From Adineta vaga (lineage: Eukaryota > Animalia > Rotifera): 64,000 nucleotides of DNA. The translations under genes were made by a program, and so were the position numbers. Of the stretch, positions 13,101 to 24,044 are shown in pieces (within the stretch, counting starts at the first letter, position 1; every line of letters starts with the position of its first letter). The notes below the pieces were generated by a model, which made no database searches, was not told the DNA's origin, and saw nothing but the letters and a program-made list of their open reading frames with translations. Location: NCBI GenBank assembly GCA_021613535.1, contig CP075497.1:6634001-6698000 (forward strand), read 5' to 3'.

Positions 13101-16100
13101 GCTGCGTGAATGAAAATGCACGATTGAATAGCAGCAGTACCATTTAAAATATATGTATGTATGTATGTGTGTGTGTCGAATGTATTCATCGATCGTCATT
13201 TTACAAAATATTACGAAAAGGGATTTAAAAGATAATGAACAAAATCGTTTAATACAATAGTAGTAACACATCTGTACGAACAAGAGAGAATACAAGGTGT
13301 CAATCGATTGCTTAATACATAGATCCGCTCCTATTTGGTATTCACACGCACCATTGAAGTATGATTATGACACACTACTATTCGCTTCTTGTTCTTCTCC
13401 TCTCTATAGTATAGAAGAAAAATTCATCATCATCATCATCATCGATTCTTTTTTTATATGTGTAACGGAAGCACGGTCCAATTCGAAGTTTCTCTTTTTT
13501 CTCCTTTTTGTATTCTATGTCAAGACCAGATACGTATGCACGAACGCGAGCTCTGTCGACGGAAATGAATGTATGTACGTTTAATTGCAGTCTCGTTAGT
13601 TGTTACTGACCGTGTGACTGCATCTTGTCAAGGCAAAAGATCTCGCTCACATTCCCATCGCTGTTCGAACGTGATCAATGTTCTAATAGTGTGAAAAAGA
13701 AAGACAGAAATGCTGGCATCACTCTTTCTTTCTTTGTAATTCTGCTTGAGTCAACCATATTAGTATGATGATGAATAAGATAGAACAAGTTCCGGAGAGA
13801 TTTCATGCTTAGCATGCGTGTTATGTTACATTTAATCGATCTTACAAACACGTAAGCAAGTTACTTTCATCTATTTTCCATAGAAATATATTTGAAGTTA
13901 AAAATCACAATAGAATAATCAGATTGAAAAATAGCTATGAGAAATTTCTTTTTCTTCATATCTTTTCGTTCAATTTCGATACTTTTTGAAAGTGATTCTT
14001 CTTTTTTCTAGCGTATTTACATATGTAACTTTTTATTTATTTTAATGTCAACTATGAAGAGGAATCTATAATGGAGTATACTTGAGATTTTTTTTCTCGC
14101 ATCTTCTTCAAGTACTCGTCGAGAAAGACACTCGGAAACTCTCATCTATACAATATATATCTGTTGAAATATTGAATGACTATCTCTCATGTAATCGTTC
14201 ACTTTCTTCTCTAGTCTTGTCATTACTTATTAATTACGTTCATATAGATATGAATCGCAGAACTTCAATGCATGCTATCGTCATCGACTGATTTATGTCG
14301 ATTAATCTTTTGATATATTTTGACAACATAACAATGGAAGTATGGTTTCTCTCTTTTCTCTTTCTTTTCCGTCTGGTTCTATCATAATTCAAAATTAGAT
14401 GCCGTTTCCTTCTGTTGATGACAAGAGAAAGTGAAGTGACCATTCTCTTTTCCGTCTCTTCAGTTAACCGGCCATGTCATCCTTCTTCCTTCTCTTTTTT
14501 TTTCCTCTCTCTCTCTCTTTTTCTTTTCGAAGATAGACATACATACTCGATTCAATGTTAAGAGAAAGAATAAACTAGTAACAAAGAACAAAGAACAAAG
14601 TTAATCACAATAACATCGACCTCATTCTAAGGGTATGTTTTCAATGATACATAACTAACTACTGATGATAACACTATAATAGATTGCTATTCACTGCTGT
14701 TGACATCATCAATCATAACTAGACAATAACGAAAAAAATGCGAGTATGACTTCAAAGATTGATTTAAGCATAAAATAAGATTGAAATCATTTTTTATTCT
14801 GTTACCTTTTCAAGTGATCGAATCAGAACATAAAGCATTTTGAAAGTCAAGTATACCGACGTGATCTGGTTATCAGATTGAATTTAACAAAAAAAAAGAG
14901 AGAGAGAGAGCGAAATCAAACTATGTATATAGACTGATAGAGATAAACAACATTTGGTGTAAATCTCATTCATATCTAGCCGTTCTTTCTTTTTTTAGTT
15001 GATTTACGAGCGGAAATGTAATACAACGAGAGTCTATTAACTAGTCACTTTTGTCTATCTTGAGGCTATGCACAGTAAGAGTTCTATTTCCTTGTGACGC
15101 TTACTTTTCGTCTGCTGTCATTACCTTAAACTCGATTATTAGAACAAGAGTAGTCATCAAACAGAGACTATTAATATAGATATAGATATATATGTGTATA
15201 TGTGTATATGTGTATATGTACCTGTCAAAGAAAGAAGAGCGAGACAAGAATTAAGTGAAAGAAAATGTCAAAATCGTATTCTTCCTTGTATAGTTGAATC
15301 TATTGAGGTAAAAGAAGAAAAAAAAGTACTATTCCCTTTTTTCCTTTGATTGAGGTCAATCGATGTATATGTTTGTGTCCGCAAGAGATGAGAAGAGGAG
15401 AAGAAAAAAAGAAGACGAAGAAAAAAAAATGAGAATTAAAGTAATAACAATGCAATCGTGTTGTTGATGAGAACAACTGAATTACCCTTTTACTTTTATC
15501 ACATTTTTTTCTCTTATACATTCCATTACATTTATATACGTAGGTTATTTGAAATAATAATAATAACAACACCTTTACTAATCGAATCAATAATAGCTTA
15601 TAGGCGACTCTCATTTTTTCATCATCTTCTTTTCTCTTTTTTGTTTATTTATATTGCACGGTCAACATGAGCATTCAAGCCTCGATAATGATACTAACAT
15701 ATACACGTCGCTTCGATCAAACATATTCTATACTTCTTGTAGCCTAATTGACCAGAGATAGATTCATCCTGTTAGCGTTGATTCTTCGTCCTTTTCTCCT
15801 CCTTCTCTCCATCATTCATGTTTTTTTTGGTCTTCAATCTAATCTGTGATTTTACTAAATAAGATTATGTGAGAAAGTTTCATTCTTATACGCATTTTTT
15901 TTCCAAGAAGAATAGTTCTAACTTTTTGATAATACGTGATGCAATTTTTGTCTGTAGTTGTTTTTTTCTACTTTGTTCTCTATCTCTCTCTCTCTCTTCT
16001 TCTTCTTCTTGTTCTCTGTTCCATATTAAGTCAAAGATAACTCGACTTTGATCGATGACAAGACATACAACACTAGATCGATCGTTTCTACAAATTAGTC

Positions 16101-18368
16101 GAACACATTTGTATCATTTTTCTTCTTGAATCTTTGAAAAAGAAAGCGATGTTTTTTTCACAAAACCACACATAAGTATTTCTTTATCGATTCAGTCGAG
16201 CGTATATAAAATAACAGCATTAATTCATCATAGATTTCCTATCAAAAACGAATGACGAAACAACAAGTGTGTATATAAACGTAAGTAATGATGTAATCGA
16301 ACAAGCGGCGTGTCACATTTAGATCGGTCGAGCGACAAAACGAGATGTATGTGATGCTTTTATGAACAAATTCACTAATCTACATTATGTATATATATAT
16401 AGAATGCGAGAGATAAAACAACGCGATAACAAGATAGAAAAAAAATGTTATTTCTGTATCTAATTCAAGGTTATTAATTAATTGACATATTTATTTCAGA
16501 TAATCAATGGAATGGATTTATATTATTTAAATCTACTTTTTAGTCTTTTTCTACTATTAATTGATTATTCGTCTATAATCAATGCATACGATTTTCAATG
16601 TTTAACATGTGACAACTATATTGATGGTCCTGGCTGTGGAGAATTTACCAAACAAATACCTGTCCGAACATGTAGAACATTTTGTTATTTTGCTATTATA
16701 CATAATCGTACATTAATTTCAACGGTCTCTAAACGTGAACTTCCTACCCTCACATTAACACGAGCTATACGTGATTGTTCACCATATGATGATATGTCTA
16801 TTGATGGACCTGTTTTATTAGAATCTAAACTTGGTACATTAACAATATCTCCTCATATCGATATCATCACAATAAAACGATGTAACAGTGAACAATGTAA
16901 TAATGATTTTTATTTAAAATCGGACGAATTACTTTTTGGTAGAAGTTCGTCTTATCGGCAAATATCATTTCCAATGTGTTTTTTTCTGTTTCTAATTATT
17001 TTCTATTTTAAAAACATGTTTTAAGAAAAAAAAAGAATTCAAGAAAGTTAACCATTTGTTTCCTCTTCTTTTCAAATAGACCGACGAAAAGCTTGAATGC
17101 ATTCATAATTGGACTCTACGCGGTAGACGAGAGCGAACACATCCATACAAATGTAATCATCATCAGCGTTGATGTGTCTATTGTCAGAACTCGCCGCCGA
17201 CCGCCTCTATTCTTCTATCCTTTGTAATGTGTCATACAAGTGAAACGAAAAGATATGCAAATGACTATATGTATATGTGTGCATATGTTCAATTGTAAAA
17301 ACTGTTCAATAAGAATACGCATATTTTGTCTCACTACTCTGTTTGATTCAAACTAGTACAATATGTACTTACATTTCAGGTCTTGTGATACCCTTTGAAA
17401 GAGCTAAATCACGGTAAGTTTTACAAGCCATTAATAATGATTCAGTACCACCTGATGTCATCTAAATGATTGAAATTGAATCTAAATATTAAAATTAAAA
17501 TTAAAATTAACTTACCGTTCCACAAACATTTTCATCACCATGAAACATAGTTGCTACACATCGAACAACTTCAGCTTCCATAGTTCGAATATCTGGAAAA
17601 ACATCAGCATGAAGTGGATTCGTTTCACCAAATAATTCAAAAACCTTTTAAATAGATTTTTTTTTTTCAATAAAAATACATCCAAAATTTCTCGACAAAC
17701 AAATCATTTACTGTATTATAGATGGCTGTCGTATCATCTTCTGTTAATTTATACACACAACCAGAAACTTGACCGTTTTCATAGCTAATATTTTCAAAAT
17801 TACGATATTGTTTAAGTTTTAAAAGCAATTCATCCTAGACAAGATTTTATAATGGAAAAGTTTAATTCGAGATTTTTTATGGAAAAATCTTACTTTTGAA
17901 AGACCTTTTTTTGGTAAAGCTTTTGCAAATTGATGGCCTTTAACACTTTTGGCCATACTTTCATAAACTGATTGTAATGTATCATCACGTGCTTTTGTAA
18001 TCTGACGTTGAACAGAAGGTATACGACGTGCCAAACGAAAGACTGCTTGTTTAATACGCGTTGGTAGATCTATAGAGAATTAATGTAAAATAATATGTAA
18101 AGATCTGCTACGAATATCTTACTTTCATCATGTCCAAATATAAATTGATAAATTCCAATACCAAGGGCTGTAGCTAATGATGTTATTGCAATGATTTGTA
18201 ATGGCGTATATGATTTCAATAAATGTTCATTTAATGAACGAGCTTTTTCATTTAATATACTAAATTGCGGTTCATAATTATTTAACACATTCTAAACAAA
18301 AAAGAAAGGTTTGATTTCAGAAGAACAGTAAAATACGATCTTACAGCATAGAGACCTTGATCTGCCAT
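10101..18368 (-). CDS. SGPL1: Sphingosine-1-phosphate lyase (PLP-dependent), multi-exon with one 5.9-kb intron
   Basis: Motifs [79 protein letters not shown]|YGFTPKG (PLP lysine) and [20 protein letters not shown] 18368, stop 10101-10103; large intron 11468-17372. Confidence 0.96.
12491..12538 (+). promoter_or_regulatory. Putative initiator and non-coding first exon of the nested Ly6-like gene
   Basis: TTAGTT Inr-like element at 12491 in a locally GC-richer patch, followed by a consensus donor CG|GTAAGT at 12533. The nested CDS has an acceptor at 16498-16499 that needs an upstream donor. Confidence 0.3.
12821..12850. repeat. (TATG)n microsatellite in SGPL1 large intron
   Basis: tatgtatgtatgtatgtatgtatatgtata. 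The intron also carries (CT)n, (AG)n and (AAG)n runs. Confidence 0.85.
16512..17024 (+). CDS. Ly6/uPAR (three-finger, quiver/sleepless-like) GPI-anchored protein nested antisense in SGPL1 intron
   Basis: 170 aa from ATG 16512: signal peptide, CLTC...C...CRTFC...RDC...CNSEQCN, then small residues (GRSSS) and a hydrophobic C-terminal GPI-type signal. Confidence 0.8.
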   Translation: MDLYYLNLLFSLFLLLIDYSSIINAYDFQCLTCDNYIDGPGCGEFTKQIPVRTCRTFCYFAIIHNRTLISTVSKRELPTLTLTRAIRDCSPYDDMSIDGPVLLESKLGTLTISPHIDIITIKRCNSEQCNNDFYLKSDELLFGRSSSYRQISFPMCFFLFLIIFYFKNMF

Positions 18369-19038
18369 AGTTAAAATATTGCGCTAGTTTGAAAACAACT
18401 GTGTCTTATCTTCAAGTAACACAAAATAAAGAAAGAGTTGAAAAGATTAAGCATTTTATAGAACGATATATAAGCATAAAATTGATAATGTGCTTACATA
18501 ACCAACCGAAGTGCAACCAAAAGAAGTATACAATGATTCATTTTGCAAATATTTCGAATGATAAACTACTGATATCAACAAAAATGTCTTTTTTTGTCTT
18601 GTTGTCCTTGGTTAGCTATATACAAATTGAATTATGTCATACGATGCATTTTCTTTATGATAAGTATGCTTCAAGAACGAAATATGTTCAACTTATTTGA
18701 AATAAATATATTTATGGAAAAGGAAAATATTTCGTGAATTCTTCATTTAATATTATCATGTCATAATTGAAATAAGAATTGGTTTATTCTATGAACATAT
18801 CATAACCAAAGATGAATTCTGACAAATATGAGGTCGCTAGTCAACAGATGGACACTTTTTTCTCATATACAAAAAGAATGAATTATATATCGTAGATGAA
18901 AAACGAACAAATTTTCTAATATAAATAACTACTCATGTCAATGAAACCTTACAAAAAAATTCCAACGAAAAGAAAGTAATTTTTCAATGATCAAATACTT
19001 CATAGAAGTGTGAAAACTATATCTAATTAACAATTTCT

Positions 19039-20265
19039 ATGTCAACGATAAATCTTGCACATAATCAATTGATTACATGTAATTTATGTCAACGAAGTTA
19101 TAATATTGATGTTTATAAACGACATATTAATGAAAATCAATGTATTAAACGAAATCATCATCGATTACCATTTGAATCAATAAAACAACGTTCGATTCAA
19201 ATCGGTGATAAAATATTTTCTGTTCAACAACAATTAAAAGAGAAAACAAAAGAAATTCCTCTATCAAATAATCGTGAAAATGGAAAACAACAAACATTTA
19301 CGAATAGTAAAAAATTATATGCAGAAAAAATTCAAAAAACATTACCATCAATTAATCATCGACGAACACTCGAACAAGCTAAACAATTATTAGAACGACG
19401 AACAAAATATAAACCACCATTGTCTCAAAATATCAATCATTTTCCATCGAAATTAAATCGAACAAATACAATTACTCTTCCATCAAAAGACTTATTTCAT
19501 AATACAACTAAAACTTCATCACAAAAAACATCATATTCAAAGAATGAATTATCTTCACCACCAACAACTAAATTTAAAAATGATAATGTGCCGATTAAAA
19601 ATCATTTATCAAATGAAGTTTCTATTTTAATATCTGATCGTCGCGTCGAGAATCTTTCGGTTGTTAAACAACCTATTCTAACTCATTCTCCTAAGATACC
19701 ATCTTCTCATACATCTACAACTCAATCGAATTGTATAGACCAAACTGATTCTGCATGTCGATCAACACGCAAAGTATCAACATGGACTCGACCATTACAA
19801 CAAACATCTGTTCGAAATATTATTTCACCAATTCATATTCCAACATTTCAAGATTCATCATGTGGTCCATCACATGATCATATTTTATTACCATTCAATT
19901 CAAATTATGATGATGATGATGATGATGATGAATTCGAACGTTATAGTCCAACTCCACCATCAACACCAAAATTTCAAAGTGATAGAACAATACATATCAA
20001 ACAAAATTCTATTATTGATAAACAACCAACAATCATACGACCAATAACATATCAAAAAGCAAAACGACAGCCAAATAACGAAAGTCAATATTTCTATATC
20101 ATATATACCAGAATATTCCCTTTAATTTTAGTTCAAAAATATTCTCATTCGAATACACGCACATCCAAACTTGTTCAATCAACCTTTCATTTGCCACCAA
20201 TAAATCCTTTATCATATTCGAAACTAAATCGTCATCGAACAATAAATCTAACACCATGGCGTTAA
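19039..20265 (+). CDS. zf-C2HC (ZC2HC1-like) zinc-finger protein with long disordered tail
   Basis: CNLCQRSYNIDVYKRHINENQC followed by RLPFESIKQR, resembling the zf-C2HC_2 finger and its FDSxxQR motif. Probable 48-nt in-frame intron at 20084-20131. Confidence 0.6.
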   Translation: MSTINLAHNQLITCNLCQRSYNIDVYKRHINENQCIKRNHHRLPFESIKQRSIQIGDKIFSVQQQLKEKTKEIPLSNNRENGKQQTFTNSKKLYAEKIQKTLPSINHRRTLEQAKQLLERRTKYKPPLSQNINHFPSKLNRTNTITLPSKDLFHNTTKTSSQKTSYSKNELSSPPTTKFKNDNVPIKNHLSNEVSILISDRRVENLSVVKQPILTHSPKIPSSHTSTTQSNCIDQTDSACRSTRKVSTWTRPLQQTSVRNIISPIHIPTFQDSSCGPSHDHILLPFNSNYDDDDDDDEFERYSPTPPSTPKFQSDRTIHIKQNSIIDKQPTIIRPITYQKAKRQPNNESQYFYIIYTRIFPLILVQKYSHSNTRTSKLVQSTFHLPPINPLSYSKLNRHRTINLTPWR

Positions 20266-20525
20266 GAACATGAAAAAGATGAATTAAATTTTAAAAAATC
20301 ATCAACTGCTGTTCTTCTTTATTTTACTTTCAATGTTATTCATCTCCATTCTTCTGATTGCGCGTATTTTACACACTACAGAAAAATAGAAATAAGTTAA
20401 AGATAATATAAAAAAACTCTCTATGTGCCTCTTTCGCTCTGTTTTTTTCCTAACTTATGGGCGTTAATTTTGTTCTAGAATGAAAAAAAAAGAAAAACGA
20501 CGAAAGAAACCTATTTACAAACAAC

Positions 20526-23394
20526 TTAAACATCCTTAATACAACAGAAAATCAGTCTTGGTTCTAATGCAGCATAAACATGTTGGGCTATTTGTATACG
20601 AAGAAATTTGCAAAGTAAAGCAAATTGTTGTTGTTGAACTTGTGCATATGGTTTAAGCATTTTCTTTGGCGTATATGTTGGTGGTGAACAAGCAACAATG
20701 GCTTGGCATAAATCATTCACAAGTAAACGAACATGTTCAGATAATTGATATTGTAATTGAGGTTGTAATTGTTGCATTAATTGGACAGGTAATGTTGAAG
20801 AATTCATACCTTGTAATAAATAACATCGACGTTCTAATGTCAATAAGAGTTCAATTAAAATTGTCACTGTATGAGAATTTGTAAATAAAACTGGATCAGA
20901 AAATGGACTTGATGAAACAGTTGTATTTAATTCTACTAATTTTGGTTTGATTTTTTCATCGTAATAAATATAAACTTGAGATAATAATTGTTCAAATGTT
21001 GTTTTTTTAATATTTATTTGCTGTTGCATAAGACTAATCATATTCATAACAATTGGTTCAATACGAAAATTCGTTGACCACCGACGTATCATGTAATTTA
21101 ATGAGCCATATAAACGTACAAGCATTAATTCTAAATGATTACTTGATGATGTTGTTGTTGTAATTAAATATGGATATAAACGTTCAAGTAATATTTGTCC
21201 TTTATCAAATTGAGCAAACATATCAGCAAATAAATAATCTGGATGATTCAAATAACGATCAATGATTGAATCGAGAATTGTTGATGATTGGGTGGGTGCT
21301 GTTGGTGTGGGATTTTCATCCGATGTTGTTGGTTCTGAAGGAGTTTTATTTGGTGTTGATGGAACATCATCATCATCATCAAGACGTAATATATCACGAT
21401 GAATATTTTCAATATTTAATAATAAACCTAATGTATATTTATCGTGTGTAATCGCATTTTTTTGTGCGCCTAAGGTGAATTGTCCTAAAAGAAACGACGG
21501 AGAATTGGAAAATATGAAAAGATGAGTTGAAAAATTTTGATCATTCTTACCATCGAGGTCAAGAATGCATTTTGGATGACGAGGAGTTGCAACTGATTGT
21601 TTACCAAGTTGTGTTTGTATAGGCGATGCATATGGTAATGAATGAGCTGGGTTTACATTACTAAATGTTGCTTGATTAGATGATTGGGATAAACGTTGTG
21701 CAAGTCTGAAAGAAAATTTCATTCATAGTATCAAAATTCGATGAAAACGTTAGTGAAATATCTACTCTTTTTCTTGTTGAATTGATTTTAATAATTGTAA
21801 AACAGGATAACTAATATATTGTCCACGATGTTCATGACGGTTCGATTGATTTCCATGTACTTGTTGCATATGACGTTTTTGTTGTGACCATTTATGAAAA
21901 TAATAATCCTAAATAGAAGAATTGTTATCATTTCTATTGAATAATTACAAAGAAATTGTTACTTCTTCTTGTGTTTGAGAAACTTGATGAAGTTGAATTT
22001 TAACGACCCATTGTTTTTCACGATCGGTCATCATTCCAGCAAATTCATCATGACCAGGGCCACGACCTTGCCACGTATTAAGAAGTGGCGGACGAGGATA
22101 ATGTTTTGCCGGACGATTTTGTCGCGAATGACGTGATGGACTAACAATATTATCAAGTGGTGATGATGGAGATTCAGCTGTTCGATGATTATCAACAATT
22201 GGCATTTGATCAGAACGTTGAATGGCATCCATAAATTGTGAAGACATTCCTGTATTACCAACTGATGGTGATTGTGATCGAGAATTATTGGTATTATTTG
22301 AATTGGAAGCAGCTAAACGAGCTCGTTCCAACATTTCACCTATAGCCATTGAACGCATCGATGCTTCACGTTGTTGTTGTTGCTGCTGCTGCTGCTGCTG
22401 TTGTTGTTGCTGTTGCAATTGTTGTTGTTGTTGTAACTGTTGTTGTTGTTGGCGTTGAGCATACAACATAGGATTATTCAAAACACGACTTGGATTTGTT
22501 TCACGATAACGATCAGGACCATTAATATTTAAATTCATTAGCTACAAGAGAATAAAAAGAAATTTATTTTTGATATATTATTAGAAACGCAAAACTAAAA
22601 TTTCATTCAATTCGGTCTGTATTCTGAAGTTATTGTTTATCTAACATATTTTGATCTATGAGAAATATCTTCATTACCCTTGCTGCTTGTTGCTGTTGTT
22701 GTTGTTGTTGCTGCTGTTGTTGTTGTAATTGTATTTGTTGCTGTTGTTGCTGTTGTGTATTAACTGCATCACGTTGCATTTTTTCCATCATTGCTTGAAT
22801 ATAAACAAGTCTTTCTTGTGGTGGTACCTGTTTATTAATTAACATTTGTTCAAATTGTTTTAATAGTTGATAATTTATTTGTTGTTGTGGTAATGTCATT
22901 GGTGACACACGTGGAACTTGCTGTGGAGGCGGTGGTGGTGGTGGTAGCTGCGGCGCCTGCTGTTGTTGTTGCTGTTGTTGCTGTTGAGAAAATATATTCA
23001 TTCGATTACTTTCTTGTGCTTGTGATATGGCCATACTGAATAAAGGATTTGTTGATGATTGTTGAATAATAGGTCCTGGTCGACGATTCATTGATACTGT
23101 TGAAAAACGCATTGAATCTTCACCAAGTAAAGCATCAATCGATTGAGATTGATCATCATCATCAACAAGAGATAATCCACCAGTATCAGATACATCCGTA
23201 TCAAAAAATGATGGTAAACCAGCCGATTGATTTTCACCCAGAAATTCACCATTTTCACCAAAATCTGATTTGATTTTAATTGCTTCTAAATCACAATCAC
23301 CAAATGTTTCATCGTTTAAAACATCCGCTTCTGCATCATCTGGTATTGCAATTCCTGTCATCATCATATTTAAATCATCTGTATTCGTATTCAT
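20526..23394 (-). CDS. PATL1: PAT1 homolog (mRNA decapping activator, P-body scaffold), multi-exon
   Basis: N-terminal DVLNDETFGD, Pro/Gln-rich region, MMTDREKQWVVKIQLHQV...DYY and QLGKQSVATPRHPK, then a helical C-terminal domain. Confidence 0.88.
22371..22451 (-). repeat. CAA/CAG trinucleotide tract encoding poly-Gln in PATL1 (further tracts ~22688-22755 and ~22958-22986)
   Basis: (ttg)/(ctg) runs on + translate on - as QQQQQLQQQQQLQQQQQQQQQQQQQQQ. Confidence 0.95.
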
Positions 23395-24044
23395 TGTTGA
23401 TCTATGTACTTTAAAAGTACCACCGGTTAATACGTTGATGATTAAATTTGTCCACTTATGTTAAACGAATGATCAATAATAAAAATAGGTATACAAACGA
23501 AAAACACACACGCACACACACTCAAAAAAAAATAAGTATAATAGATCTAAAATTAAAATCGAGGTTAGAATTCAACAGACAGATGAATAGGAAGGAAAAA
23601 CAAATGAATGAATATTAGAGAAATAATCTAACTGGTTAAAGTTCGATTTTCTATGAAAGAATTTTTGATTGGATAAAAGATTGAAAATTAAAAATAAAAC
23701 TCTATTTTATGATATTTTTGTAATTTACGCAGATTCTTGTGTAATTTAATAGAAGATTAAATATATTTAGAGTGACATCTATTCATTGGGTAATTTTAGT
23801 CTCATGCAATAATTGATCTGTTTTTCATCATATTTATATAAATATTATTAATCTGAAATAATATGTAACATAATCAACATCATATGAAAGGGTCTAATCG
23901 AACATCAGTATTCGAAAAAGATTTTAACCAATAGGAGTGTCACTTATCGATTTACTTTCTATTTCATAGAAAGAAGATCGTTTGGCATTTGTAATCTGAA
24001 TTATTTGAATGGATTTAATGATAAAATAATTCGTTTGTTTCTAG

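Noticed and set aside
11995-16051. Many 60-104 aa ORFs in the SGPL1 intron
   Set aside because: Low-complexity F/L/K-rich translations of microsatellite and poly-T/A DNA, with no motifs or exon chain.
22222-22458. + strand ORF with a poly-Cys run (metallothionein-like look)
   Set aside because: It is the antisense reading of the PATL1 CAA/CAG poly-Gln tract.
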